Below are positions 14,701 through 29,900 of a stretch of DNA of 64,000 bases, one piece after another (position 1 is the stretch's first letter; every line of letters begins with the position of its first letter). Source of the stretch: Eledone cirrhosa (lineage: Eukaryota); contig OZ024743.1 of NCBI GenBank assembly GCA_964016885.1, positions 134,912,001 to 134,976,000 on the forward strand. Reading direction: 5' to 3'. Position numbers and translations under genes: made by a program. The notes under the pieces are model-generated. The model did no database searches, was not told where the DNA came from, and saw only the letters and a program-made list of their open reading frames with translations.

Positions 14701-17700
14701 CACACACCTAAGACCAAGCACCAAGCACCAAGCACCAAACACCAAGCACTAAACACCAAACACCAAGCACCAAGCACCAAGCACCAAACACCAAGCACCA
14801 AGCACAAAACACCAGCACCAAGCACCAAACACCTAACACCAAGCACCAAGCACCAAGCACCAAACACCAAGCACCAAACACCAAACACCAAGCACCAAGC
14901 ACCAAACACCAAGCACCAAACACCAAGCACCAAGCACCAAGTACAAACACCAAGCACCAAGCACCAAACACCAAGCACCAAGCACCTAGCATCAAACACC
15001 AAGCATCAAACACCAAACACCAAACACCAAGCAACAAGCACCAAACACCAAGCACCAAGCACCAAGCACCAAATACCAAGCACCAATTACGAAGCACCAA
15101 ACACAGAGCCCCAAGCACCAAGCACCAAACACCAAACACGAAGCACCAAACACCAAATACCAAGCACCTAGCACAAAACACCAAACACCAAGCACCAATC
15201 ACCAAGCACCAAACACGAAGCAGCAAGCAGAAAGCACCAAACAACAAACACCAAGCACCAAGCACCAAACACCAAGCACCATGGACCAAACACCAAACAC
15301 CAAGCACCAAACACCTAACACCAAGCACCAAGCACCAAACACCAAGCACCAAAGACCAAACACCAAACAGCAAACACCAAACACCAAACAGCAAACACCA
15401 AACATGAAACAGCCAACACCATTGAGCAAAAACCAAACACCAAAAAGCAGACACCAAACAGCAAACAGCAAACACCAAGCACCAAACACCAAGTTCCAAG
15501 CACCAAACACCAAACACCAAGCACCAAACACCAAACCCCAAGCACCAAGCACCAAACACTAATCACAATGCACCAAGCACCAAGCACTAAACACCAAGCA
15601 CCAAGCACCAAGCACTAAACACCAAACACCAAGGACCAAGCACCAAGCACCAAGAACCAAAGACCAAGCACCAAGCACCAAACACCAAGCACCAAGCACC
15701 AAGCATCGAACACCAAGCATCAAACACCAAACACCAAGCACCAAACACCAAGCACGAAACACCAAGCACCCAGCACCAAACACCAAGCACCAATCACCAA
15801 GCACCAAACACCAAGCACCAACCACCAAACACCAAGCACCAAGCACCCAGCACCAAACACCAAACACCAAGCACCAAGCACCAAACACCAAACACCAAAC
15901 ACCAAACACCAAACACCAAGCACCAAGCACCAAACAACAAGCACCAGGCACCAAGCACCAAACATCAAACACCAAGCACCAAGCATCAAACACCAAGCAC
16001 CAAGCTCCAAACACCAAGCACCAAGCACCAAGCTCCAAACACCAAGCACCAAGCACCAAGCACCAAACACCAAACAGCAAACACCAAACACCAAACAGCA
16101 AACAGCAAACACCAAGCACCAATCACCAAACAACAAGCACCAGGCACCAAGGACCAAACACCAAACACCAAGCACCAAGCACCAAACACCAAGCACCAGA
16201 GACCAAACACTAAACAGCAAACACCAAACACCAAACAGCAAACACCAAACACGAAACAGCAAAAACCATACAGCAAACACCAAACACCAAAAAGCAGACA
16301 CCAAACAGCAAACACCAAACACCAAACAGCAAACAGCAAACACCACACACCAAGCACCAAAACCAAGTACCAAGCACCAAACACCAAGCACCAAGCACCA
16401 AGTACAAACACCAAGCACCAAGCACCAAACACCAAGCACCAAGCACCAAGCATCAAACACCAAGCATCAAACACCAAACACCAAACACCAAGCAACAAGC
16501 ACCAAACACCAAGCACCAAGCACCAAACTCCAAGCAGCAAGCAGAAAGCACCAAACAACAAACACCAAGCACAAAGCACCAAACACCAAGCACCAAAGAC
16601 CAAACACCAAACACCAAGCACCAAGCACCAAACACCTAACACCAAGCACCAAGCACCAAACACCAAACACCAAGCACCAAGCACCAAACACCAAGCACCA
16701 GGCACCAAGCACCAAACACCAAGCACCAAGCACCAAACACCAAGCACCAAGCATAAAACACCAAGCACCAAGCACCACACACCTAAGACCAAGCACCAAG
16801 CACCAAGCACCAAACACCAAGCACTAAACACCAAACACCAAGCACCAAGCACCAAGCACCAAACACCAAGCACCAAGCACAAAACACCAGCACCAAGCAC
16901 CAAACACCTAACACCAAGCACCAAGCACCAAGCACCAAACACCAAGCACCAAACACCAAACACCAAGCACCAAGCACCAAACACCAAGCACCAAACACCA
17001 AGCACCAAGCACCAAGTACAAACACCAAGCACCAAGCACCAAACACCAAGCACCAAGCACCTAGCATCAAACACCAAGCATCAAACACCAAACACCAAAC
17101 ACCAAGCAACAAGCACCAAATACCAAGCACCAAGCACCAAGCACCAAATACCAAGCACCAATTACGAAGCACCAAACACAGAGCCCCAAGCACCAAGCAC
17201 CAAACACCAAACACGAAGCACCAAACACCAAATACCAAGCACCTAGCACAAAACACCAAACACCAAGCACCAATCACCAAGCACCAAACACGAAGCAGCA
17301 AGCAGAAAGCACCAAACAACAAACACCAAGCACCAAGCACCAAACACCAAGCACCATGGACCAAACACCAAACACCAAGCACCAAACACCTAACACCAAG
17401 CACCAAGCACCAAACACCAAGCACCAAAGACCAAACACCAAACAGCAAACACCAAACACCAAACAGCAAACACCAAACATGAAACAGCCAACACCATTGA
17501 GCAAAAACCAAACACCAAAAAGCAGACACCAAACAGCAAACAGCAAACACCAAGCACCAAACACCAAGTTCCAAGCACCAAACACCAAACACCAAGCACC
17601 AAACACCAAACCCCAAGCACCAAGCACCAAACACTAATCACAATGCACCAAGCACCAAGCACTAAACACCAAGCACCAAGCACCAAGCACTAAACACCAA

Positions 17701-19850
17701 ACACCAAGGACCAAGCACCAAGCACCAAGAACCAAAGACCAAGCACCAAGCACCAAACACCAAGCACCAAGCACCAAGCATCGAACACCAAGCATCAAAC
17801 ACCAAACACCAAGCACCAAACACCAAGCACGAAACACCAAGCACCCAGCACCAAACACCAAGCACCAATCACCAAGCACCAAACACCAAGCACCAACCAC
17901 CAAACACCAAGCACCAAGCACCCAGCACCAAACACCAAACACCAAGCACCAAGCACCAAACACCAAACACCAAACACCAAACACCAAACACCAAGCACCA
18001 AGCACCAAACAACAAGCACCAGGCACCAAGCACCAAACATCAAACACCAAGCACCAAGCATCAAACACCAAGCACCAAGCTCCAAACACCAAGCACCAAG
18101 CACCAAGCACCAAACACCAAACAGCAAACACCAAACACCAAACAGCAAACAGCAAACACCAAGCACCAATCACCAAACAACAAGCACCAGGCACCAAGGA
18201 CCAAACACCAAACACCAAGCACCAAGCACCAAACACCAAGCACCAGAGACCAAACACTAAACAGCAAACACCAAACACCAAACAGCAAACACCAAACACG
18301 AAACAGCAAAAACCATACAGCAAACACCAAACACCAAAAAGCAGACACCAAACAGCAAACACCAAACACCAAACAGCAAACAGCAAACACCACACACCAA
18401 GCACCAAAACCAAGTACCAAGCACCAAACACCAAGCACCAAGCACCAAGTACAAACACCAAGCACCAAGCACCAAACACCAAGCACCAAGCACCAAGCAT
18501 CAAACACCAAGCATCAAACACCAAACACCAAACACCAAGCAACAAGCACCAAACACCAAGCACCAAGCACCAAACTCCAAGCAGCAAGCAGAAAGCACCA
18601 AACAACAAACACCAAGCACAAAGCACCAAACACCAAGCACCAAAGACCAAACACCAAACACCAAGCACCAAGCACCAAACACCTAACACCAAGCACCAAG
18701 CACCAAACACCAAACACCAAGCACCAAGCACCAAACACCAAGCACCAGGCACCAAGCACCAAACACCAAGCACCAAGCACCAAACACCAAGCACCAAGCA
18801 TAAAACACCAAGCACCAAGCACCACACACCTAAGACCAAGCACCAAGCACCAAGCACCAAACACCAAGCACTAAACACCAAACACCAAGCACCAAGCACC
18901 AAGCACCAAACACCAAGCACCAAGCACAAAACACCAAGCACCAAGCACCAAACACCTAACACCAAGCACCAAGCACCAAGCACCAAACACCAAGCACCAA
19001 ACACCAAACACCAAGCACCAAGCACCAAACACCAAGCACCAAACACCAAGCTCCAAGCACCAAGTACAAACACCAAGCACCAAGCACCAAACACCAAGCA
19101 CCAAGCACCTAGCATCAAACACCAAGCATCAAACACCAAACACCAAACACCAAGCAACAAGCACCAAACACCAAGCACCAAGCACCAAGCACCAAATACC
19201 AAGCACCAATTACGAAGCACCAAACACAGAGCCCCAAGCACCAAGCACCAAACACCAAACACTAAGCACCAAACACCAAATACCAAGCACCTAGCACCAA
19301 ACACCAAACACCAAGCACCAATCACCAAGCACCAAACACGAAGCAGCAAGCAGAAAGCACCAAACAACAAACACCAAGCACCAAGCACCAAACACCAAGC
19401 ACCATGGACCAAACACCAAACACCAAGCACCAAACACCTAACACCAAGCACCAAGCACCAAACACCAAGCACCAAAGACCAAACACCAAACAGCAAACAC
19501 CAAACACCAAACAGCAAACACCAAACATGAAACAGCCAACACCATTGAGCAAAAACCAAACACCAAAAAGCAGACACCAAACAGCAAACAGCAAACACCA
19601 AGCACCAAACACCAAGTTCCAAGCACCAAACACCAAACACCAAGCACCAAACACCAAACCCCAAGCACCAAGCACCAAACACTAATCACAATGCACCAAG
19701 CACCAAGCACTAAACACCAAGCACCAAGCACCAAGCACTAAACACCAAACACCAAGGACCAAGCACCAAGCACCAAGAACCAAAGACCAAGCACCAAGCA
19801 CCAAACACCAAGCACCAAGCACCAAGCATCGAACACCAAGCATCAAACAC
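11750..19850. repeat. HOR block B: ~2.05-kb unit, four tandem copies
   Basis: The same 93-aa + ORF occurs at 13234, 15281, 17356 and 19404 (offsets 2047, 2075, 2048). 2047 = 293 monomers minus four 6-bp units. Confidence 0.95.
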
Positions 19851-22800
19851 CAAACACCAAACACCAAGCACCAAACACCATGCACCAAGCACCAAACACC
19901 AAGCACCCAGCACCAAACACCAAGCACCAATCACCAAGCACCAAACACCAAGCACCAACCACCAAACACCAAGCACCAAACATCAAACACCAAGCACCAA
20001 GAACCAAGCACCAAATACCAAACACCAAGCACCACGCACCAAACACCAAACACCAAACACCAAGCACCAAACACCAAACACCAAACACCAAACACCAAGC
20101 ACCAAGTACCAAACAACAAGCACCAGGCACCAAGCACCAAACATCAAACACCAAGCACCAAGCACCAAACACCAAGCACCAACCACCAAACACCAAGCAC
20201 CAATCACCAAGCACCAAACACCAAACAGCAAACAGCAAACAGCAAACAGCAAACAGCAAACACCAAGCACCAATCACCAAACAACAAGCACCAGGCACCA
20301 AGGACCAAACACCAAACACCAAGCACCAAGCACCAAGCACCAAACACCAAACACCAAGCACCAAGCACCAAACACCCAGCACCAGAGACCAAACACCAAA
20401 CAGCAAACACCAAACACGAAACAGCAAACACCATACAGCAAACACAAAACACCAAAAAGCAGACACCAAACAGCAAACATCAAACACCAAACACCAAACA
20501 CCAAACAGCAAACAGCAGACACCAAACACCAAGCACCAAACACCAAGTACCAAGCACCAAACACCAAGCACCAAACACCAAACACCAAGCACCAAGCACC
20601 AAACACTAATCACCAAGCACCAAGCACCAAACACCAAGCACCAAGCACCAAGCACCAAACACCAAGCACCAAAGACCAAGCACCAAGCACCAAGCACCAA
20701 ACACCAAGCACCAAGCACCAAGCACCAAACACCAAGCACCAAACACCAACCACCCAGCATCAAGCACCAAGCACCAAACACCAAGCACCAAGCACCAAAC
20801 ACCAAACACCAAACACCAAACACCAAGCACCAAGCACCAAACACCAAGCACCAAGCACCAAACACCAAGCACCAAACACCAAACACCAAGCACCAAGCAC
20901 CAAACACCAAGCACCAAACACCAAACACCAAGAACCAAGTACCAAACACCAAGCACCAAGCACCAAGCACCAAGTACAAACACCAAGCACCAAGCACCAA
21001 ACACCAAGCACCAAACACCAAACACCAAGCACCAAGCACCAAACACCTAACACCAAGCACCAAGCACCAAACACCAAACACCAAGCACCAAGCACCAAAC
21101 ACCAAGCACCAAAGACCAAACACCAAACAGCAAACACCAAACACCAAACAGCAAACACTAAACATGAAACAGCAAACACCATAGAGCAAACACCAAACAC
21201 TAAACAGCAAACAGCAAACAGCAAACACCAAGCACCAAACACCAAGTTCCAAGCACCAAACACCAAGCACCAAGCACCAAACACCAAACCCCAAGCACCA
21301 AGCACCAAACACTAAGCACAATGCACCAAGCACAAAGCACTAAACACCAAGCACCAAGCACCAAGCACCAAGCACCAAGAACCAAAGACCAAGCACCAAG
21401 CACCAAACACCAAGTACCAAGCACCAAGCATCGAACACCAAGCATCAAACACCAAACACCAAGCACCAAACACCAAGCACGAAACACCAAGCACCCAGCA
21501 CCAAACACCAAGCACCAATCACCAAGCACCAAACACCAAGCACCAACCACCAAACACCAAGCACCAGGCACCAAGCACCAAACATCAAACACCAAGCACC
21601 AAGCACCCAGCACCAAACACCAAACACCAAGCACCAAGCACCAAGCACCAAACACCAAACACCAAGCACCAAGCACCAAACACCAAACACCAAACACCAA
21701 ACACCAAACACCAAGCACCAAGCACCAAACAACAAGCACCAGGCACCAAGCACCAAACATCAAACACCAAGCACCAAGCATCAAACACCAAGCACCAAGC
21801 TCCAAACACCAAGCACCAAGCACCAAGCACCAAACACCAAACAGCAAACACCAAACACCAAACAGCAAACAGCAAACACCAAGCACCAATCACCAAACAA
21901 CAAGCACCAGGCACCAAGGACCAAACACCAAACACCAAGCACCAAGCACCAAACACCAAGCACCAGAGACCAAACACTAAACAGCAAACACCAAACACCA
22001 AACAGCAAACACCAAACACGAAACAGCAAAAACCATACAGCAAACACCAAACACCAAAAAGCAGACACCAAACAGCAAACAGCAAACACCAAACAGCAAA
22101 CAGCAAACACCACACACCAAGCACCAAAACCAAGTACCAAGCACCAAACACCAAGCACCAAGCACCAAGTACAAACACCAAGCACCAAGCACCAAACACC
22201 AAGCACCAAGCACCAAGCATCAAACACCAAGCATCAAACACCAAACACCAAACACCAAGCAACAAGCACCAAACACCAAGCACCAAGCACCAAACTCCAA
22301 GCAGCAAGCAGAAAGCACCAAACAACAAACACCAAGCACAAAGCACCAAACACCAAGCACCAAAGACCAAACACCAAACACCAAGCACCAAGCACCAAAC
22401 ACCTAACACCAAGCACCAAGCACCAAACACCAAACACCAAGCACCAAGCACCAAACACCAAGCACCAGGCACCAAGCACCAAACACCAAGCACCAAGCAC
22501 CAAACACCAAGCACCAAGCATAAAACACCAAGCACCAAGCACCACACACCTAACACCAAGCACCAAGCACCAAGCACCAAACACCAAGCACTAAACACCA
22601 AACACCAAGCACCAAGCACCAAGCACCAAACACCAAGCACCAAGCACAAAACACCAAGCACCAAGCACCAAACACCTAACACCAAGCACCAAGCACCAAG
22701 CACCAAACACCAAGCACCAAACACCAAACACCAAGCACCAAGCACCAAACACCAAGCACCAAACACCAAGCACCAAGCACCAAGTACAAACACCAAGCAC

Positions 22801-25800
22801 CAAGCACCAAACACCAAGCACCAAGCACCTAGCATCAAACACCAAGCATCAAACACCAAACACCAAACACCAAGCAACAAGCACCAAACACCAAGCACCA
22901 AGCACCAAGCACCAAATACCAAGCACCAATTACGAAGCACCAAACACAGAGCCCCAAGAACCAAGCACCAAACACCAAACACGAAGCACCAAACACCAAA
23001 TACCAAGCACCTAGCACCAAACACCAAACACCAAGCACCAATTACCAAGCACCAATCACGAAGCAGCAAGCAGAAAGCACCAAACAACAAACACCAAGCA
23101 CCAAGCACCAAACACCAAGCACCATGGACCAAACACCAAACACCAAGCACCAAACACCTAACACCAAGCACCAAGCACCAAACACCAAGCACCAAAGACC
23201 AAACACCAAACAGCAAACACCAAACACCAAACAGCAAACACCAAACACGAAACAGCAAAAACCATACAGCAAACACCAAACACCAAAAAGCAGACACCAA
23301 ACAGCAAACAGCAAACACCAAACAGCAAACAGCAAACACCACACACCAAGCACCAAAACCAAGTACCAAGCACCAAACACCAAGCACCAAGCACCAAGTA
23401 CAAACACCAAGCACCAAGCACCAAACACCAAGCACCAAGCACCAAGCATCAAACACCAAGCATCAAACACCAAACACCAAACACCAAGCAACAAGCACCA
23501 AACACCAAGCACCAAGCACCAAACTCCAAGCAGCAAGCAGAAAGCACCAAACAACAAACACCAAGCACAAAGCACCAAACACCAAGCACCAAAGACCAAA
23601 CACCAAACACCAAGCACCAAGCACCAAACACCTAACACCAAGCACCAAGCACCAAACACCAAACACCAAGCACCAAGCACCAAACACCAAGCACCAGGCA
23701 CCAAGCACCAAACACCAAGCACCAAGCACCAAACACCAAGCACCAAGCATAAAACACCAAGCACCAAGCACCACACACCTAACACCAAGCACCAAGCACC
23801 AAGCACCAAACACCAAGCACTAAACACCAAACACCAAGCACCAAGCACCAAGCACCAAACACCAAGCACCAAGCACAAAACACCAAGCACCAAGCACCAA
23901 ACACCTAACACCAAGCACCAAGCACCAAGCACCAAACACCAAGCACCAAACACCAAACACCAAGCACCAAGCACCAAACACCAAGCACCAAACACCAAGC
24001 ACCAAGCACCAAGTACAAACACCAAGCACCAAGCACCAAACACCAAGCACCAAGCACCTAGCATCAAACACCAAGCATCAAACACCAAACACCAAACACC
24101 AAGCAACAAGCACCAAACACCAAGCACCAAGCACCAAGCACCAAATACCAAGCACCAATTACGAAGCACCAAACACAGAGCCCCAAGAACCAAGCACCAA
24201 ACACCAAACACGAAGCACCAAACACCAAATACCAAGCACCTAGCACCAAACACCAAACACCAAGCACCAATTACCAAGCACCAATCACGAAGCAGCAAGC
24301 AGAAAGCACCAAACAACAAACACCAAGCACCAAGCACCAAACACCAAGCACCATGGACCAAACACCAAACACCAAGCACCAAACACCTAACACCAAGCAC
24401 CAAGCACCAAACACCAAGCACCAAAGACCAAACACCAAACAGCAAACACCAAACACCAAACAGCAAACACCAAACATGAAACAGCCAACACCATTGAGCA
24501 AAAACCAAACTCCAAAAAGCAGACACCAAACAGCAAACAGCAAACACCAAGCACCAAACACCAAGTTCCAAGCACCAAACACCAAACACCAAGCACCAAA
24601 CACCAAACCCCAAGCACCAAGCACCAAACACTAATCACAATGCACCAAGCACCAAGCACTAAACACCAAGCACCAAGCACCAAGCACTAAACACCAAACA
24701 CCAAGGACCAAGCACCAAGCACCAAGAACCAAAGACCAAGCACCAAGCACCAAACACCAAGCACCAAGCACCAAGCATCGAACACCAAGCATCAAACACC
24801 AAACACCAAACACCAACCACCAAACACCATGCACCAAGCACCAAACACCAAGCACCCAGCACCAAACACCAAGCACCAATCACCAAGCACCAAACACCAA
24901 GCACCAACCACCAAACACCAAGCACCAAACATCAAACACCAAGCACCAAGAACCAAGCACCAAATACCAAACACCAAGCACCACGCACCAAACACCAAAC
25001 ACCAAACACCAAGCACCAAACACCAAACACCAAACACCAAACACCAAGCACCAAGTACCAAACAACAAGCACCAGGCACCAAGCACCAAACATCAAACAC
25101 CAAGCACCAAGCACCAAACACCAAGCACCAACCACCAAACACCAAGCACCAATCACCAAGCACCAAACACCAAACAGCAAACAGCAAACAGCAAACAGCA
25201 AACAGCAAACACCAAGCACCAATCACCAAACAACAAGCACCAGGCACCAAGGACCAAACACCAAACACCAAGCACCAAGCACCAAGCACCAAACACCAAA
25301 CACCAAGCACCAAGCACCAAACACCCAGCACCAGAGACCAAACACCAAACAGCAAACACCAAACACGAAACAGCAAACACCATACAGCAAACACAAAACA
25401 CCAAAAAGCAGACACCAAACAGCAAACATCAAACACCAAACACCAAACACCAAACAGCAAACAGCAAACACCAAACACCAAGCACCAAACACCAAGTACC
25501 AAGCACCAAACACCAAGCACCAAACACCAAACACCAAGCACCAAGCACCAAACACTAATCACCAAGCACCAAGCACCAAACACCAAGCACCAAGCACCAA
25601 GCACCAAACACCAAGCACCAAAGACCAAGCACCAAGCACCAAGCACCAAACACCAAGCACCAAGCACCAAGCACCAAACACCAAGCACCAAACACCAACC
25701 ACCCAGCATCAAGCACCAAGCACCAAACACCAAGCACCAAGCACCAAACACCAAACACCAAACACCAAACACCAAGCACCAAGCACCAAACACCAAGCAC

Positions 25801-25950
25801 CAAGCACCAAACACCAAGCACCAAACACCAAACACCAAGCACCAAGCACCAAACACCAAGCACCAAACACCAAACACCAAGAACCAAGTACCAAACACCA
25901 AGCACCAAGCACCAAGCACCAAGTACAAACACCAAGCACCAAGCACCAAA
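17900..25950. repeat. HOR block C: 3720-bp period, second copy lengthened to 4949 bp by a nested duplication
   Basis: 18061/21781, 18500/22220 and 19404/23124 differ by 3720. 19682/24631 and 19880/24829 differ by 4949 (3720+1229). Confidence 0.85.
21990..24470. repeat. 1229-bp tandem duplication
   Basis: 22220/23449, 22591/23820 and 23124/24353 all differ by 1229. Both copies share private variants (GCCCCAAGAACC ~22951/24180; ATTACCAAGCACCAATCACG ~23041/24270). Confidence 0.92.
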
Positions 25951-27149
25951 CACCAAGCACCAAGCACCAAGCATCAAACACCAAGCATCAAACACCAAAC
26001 ACCAAACACCAAGGACCAAACACCAAGCATAAAGCACCAAACAACAAGCAGCAAGCAGAAAGCACCAAACAACAAACACCAAGCACCAAGCACCAAACAC
26101 CAAGCACCAAGGACCAAACACCAAACACCATGCACCAAGCACCAAACACCTAACACCAAGCACCAAGCACCAAACACCAAACACCAAGCACCAAGCACCA
26201 AACACCAAGCACCAGGCACCAAGCACCAAACACCAAGCACCAAGCACCAAACACCAAGCACCAAGCACCAAGCACAAAACACCAAGCACCAAGCACCAAA
26301 CACCTAACACCTAACACCAAGCACCAAGCACCAAGCACCAAACACCTAACACCTAACACCAAGCACCAAGCACCAAGCACCAAGCACCAAACACCAAACA
26401 CCAAGCACCAAGCACCAAACACCAAGCACCAAACACCAAGAACCAAGCACCAAACACAAAGCACCAAACACCAAGCACCAAGCACCAAGCACCAAACACC
26501 AAGCACCAAGCACCAAGCACCAAGTACAAACACAAAGCACCAAACACCAAGCACCAAGCATCAAGCATCAAACACCAAGCATCAAACACCAAACACCAAG
26601 CAACAAGCACCAAACACCAAACACCAAGCACCAAGCACCAAGCATCAAACACCAAACACCAAGCACCAAGCACCAAGCACCAAACACCAAACTCCAAGCA
26701 CCAGACACCAAGCACCAAGCACCAAACACCAAACACCAAACACCAAACACCAAGCACCAAGCACCAATCACCAAACAACAAGCACCAAGCACCAAGATCC
26801 AAACACCAAACACCAAGCACCAAGCACCCAGCACGAAGCACCAAACACGAAGCACGCAGCACCAAACACCAAGCACCAAGCACCAAACACCAAGCACCAA
26901 GCACCAAACACCAAACACCAAGCACCAAGCACCAAGCACCAAACACCAAACTCCAAGCACCAGACACCAAGCACCAAGCACCAAACACCAAACACCAAAC
27001 ACCAAACACCAAGCACCAAGCACCAATCACCAAACAACAAGCACCAAGCACCAAGATCCAAACACCAAACACCAAACACCAAGCACCAAGCAGCAAACAC
27101 CAAACACCAAGCATCAAACACGAAGCACCAAAGACCAAAGACCAAAGAC

Positions 27150-29900
27150 CAAACAGCAAACACCAAACACCAAACACCAAACACCAAGCACCAAGCACCA
27201 AACACCAAGCACCAAACACCAAGCACCAAAGACCAAACACCAAACAGCAAACACCATATACAAAACAGCAAACACCAAACACGAAACAGCAAACACCAAA
27301 CGGCAAACACCAAGCACCAAGCACCAATCACCAAACAACAAGCACCAAGCACCAAGCACCAAACACCAAACACCAAGCACCAAGCACCAAACACCAAACA
27401 CCAAGCACCAAACACCAAGCACCAAGCACCAAACACCAAACCCCAAGCACCAAGCACCAAACACTAATCACCAAGCACCAAGCACCAAGCACCAAGCACC
27501 AAGCACCAAACACCAAGCACCAAAGACCAAGCACCAAGCACCAAACACCAAGCACCAAGCACCAAACACCAAGCACCAAGCACCAAACACCAACCACCCA
27601 GCACCAAGCACCAAGCACCAAACACCAAGCACCAAACACCAAACACCAAACACCAAGCACCAAGCACCAAACACCAAGCACCAATTACCAAGCACCAAAC
27701 ACCAAGCCCCAAGCACCAAGCACCAAACAACAAACACGAAGCACCAAGCACCAAGGACCAAACACCAAACACCAAGCACCAAGCACCAAGCACCAAACAC
27801 CAAGCACCAAGCACCAAACACCAAACAGCAAACACGAAACATCAAACACCATACAGCAAACACCAAACACCAAAAACAGACACCTAACAGCAAACAGCAA
27901 ACACCAAACAGCAAACAGCAAACACCAAGCACCAAGCACCAAACACCAAACACCAAGCACCAAGCACCAAACACCAAAACCAAGCACCAAACACCAGACA
28001 CCAAGCACCAAACACCAAACACCAAGCACCAAGCACCAAACACCAAGCACTAGGCACCAAGCACCAAACACCAAACACCAAGTACCAAGCACCAAACACC
28101 AAGCACCAAGCACCAAAGACCAAACACCAAGCACCAAGCACCAAACACCAAACAGCAAACACCAAGCACCAAGCACCAATCACCAAACAACAAGCACCAG
28201 GCACCAAGCACCAAACACCAAACACCAAGCACCAAGCACCAAACACCAAGCACCAAAGACCAAACACCAAGCACCTAGCACCAAACACCAAGCACCAAGC
28301 ACCAAACACCAAACCCCAAGCACCAAGCACCAAGCACCAAACACCAAACAGCAAACACCAAACACCAAACACCAAACACCAAGCACCAAGCACCAATCAC
28401 AAAACAACAAGCACCAGGCACCAAGCACCAAACACCAAACACCAAGCACCAAACACCAAGCACCAAAGACCAAACACCAAACAGCAAACACCATATACAA
28501 AACAGCAAACACCAAACACGAAACAGCAAACACCAAACGCCAAACACCAAGCACCAAGCACCAATCACCAAACAACAAGCACCAAGCACCAAGCACCAAA
28601 CACCCAAACACCAAGCACCAAGCACCAAACACCAAACACCAAGCACCAAACACCAAGCACCAAGCACCAAACACCAAACCCCAAGCACCAAGCACCAAAC
28701 ACTAATCACCAAGCACCAAGCACCAAGCACCAAGCACCAAGCACCAAGCACCAAACACCAAGCACCAAAGACCAAGCACCAAGCACCAAACACCAAGCAC
28801 CAAGCACCAAACACCAAGCACCAAGCACCAAACACCAACCACCCAGCACCAAGCACCAAGCACCAAACACCAAGCACCAAACACCAAACACCAAACACCA
28901 AGCACCAAGCACCAAACACCAAGCACCAATTACCAAGCACCAAACACCAAGACCCAAGCACCAAGCAACAAACACCAAACACGAAGCACCAAACACCAAG
29001 CACCAAGCACCAAGGACCAAACACCAAACACCAAGCACCAAGCACCAAGCACCAAACACCAAGCACCAAGCACCAAACACCAAACACCAAACACCAAACA
29101 TCAAACACCATACAGCAAACACCAAACACCAAAAAATAGACACCTAACAGCAAACAGCAAACACCAAACAGCAAACAGCAAACACCAAGCACCAAGCACC
29201 AAACACCAAACACCAAGCACCAAGCACCAAACACCAAAAGCAAGCACCAAACACCTGACACCAAGCAACAAAAACCAAACACCAAGCACCAAGCACCAAA
29301 CACCAAGCACTAGGCACCAAGCACCAAACACCAAACACCAAGTACCAAGCACCAAACACCAAGCACCAAGCACCAAAGACCAAACACCAAGCACCAAGCA
29401 CCAAACACCAAACAGCAAACACCAAGCACCAAGCACCAATCACCAAACAACAAGCACCAGGCACCAAGCACCAAACACCAAACACCAAGCACCAAGCACC
29501 AAACACCAAGCACCAAAGACCAAACACCAAACACCAAGCACCTAGCACCAAACACCAAGCACCAAGCACCAAACACCAAACCCCAAGCACCAAGCACCAA
29601 GCACCAAACACCAAACACCAAGCACCAAATACCAAGCACCAAATACCAAACAGCAAACACCAAACACGAAACAGCAAACACCAAACGCCAAACACCAAGC
29701 ACCAAGCACCAATCACCAAACAACAAGCACCAAGCACCAAGCACCAAACACCAAACACCAAGCACCAAGCACCAAACACCAAACACCAAGCACCAAACAC
29801 CAAGCACCAAGCACCAAACACCAAACCCCAAGCACCAAGCACCAAACACTAATCACCAAGCACCAAGCACCAAGCACCAAACACCAAGCACCAAGCACAG
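27150..29900. repeat. Older diverged ~1.24-1.26-kb tandem duplication
   Basis: 27464/28702 differ by 1238 and 28050/29310 by 1260. Shared landmarks CACTAGG (~28048/29308) and AGACACCTAACAGC, with several differences between copies. Confidence 0.75.
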
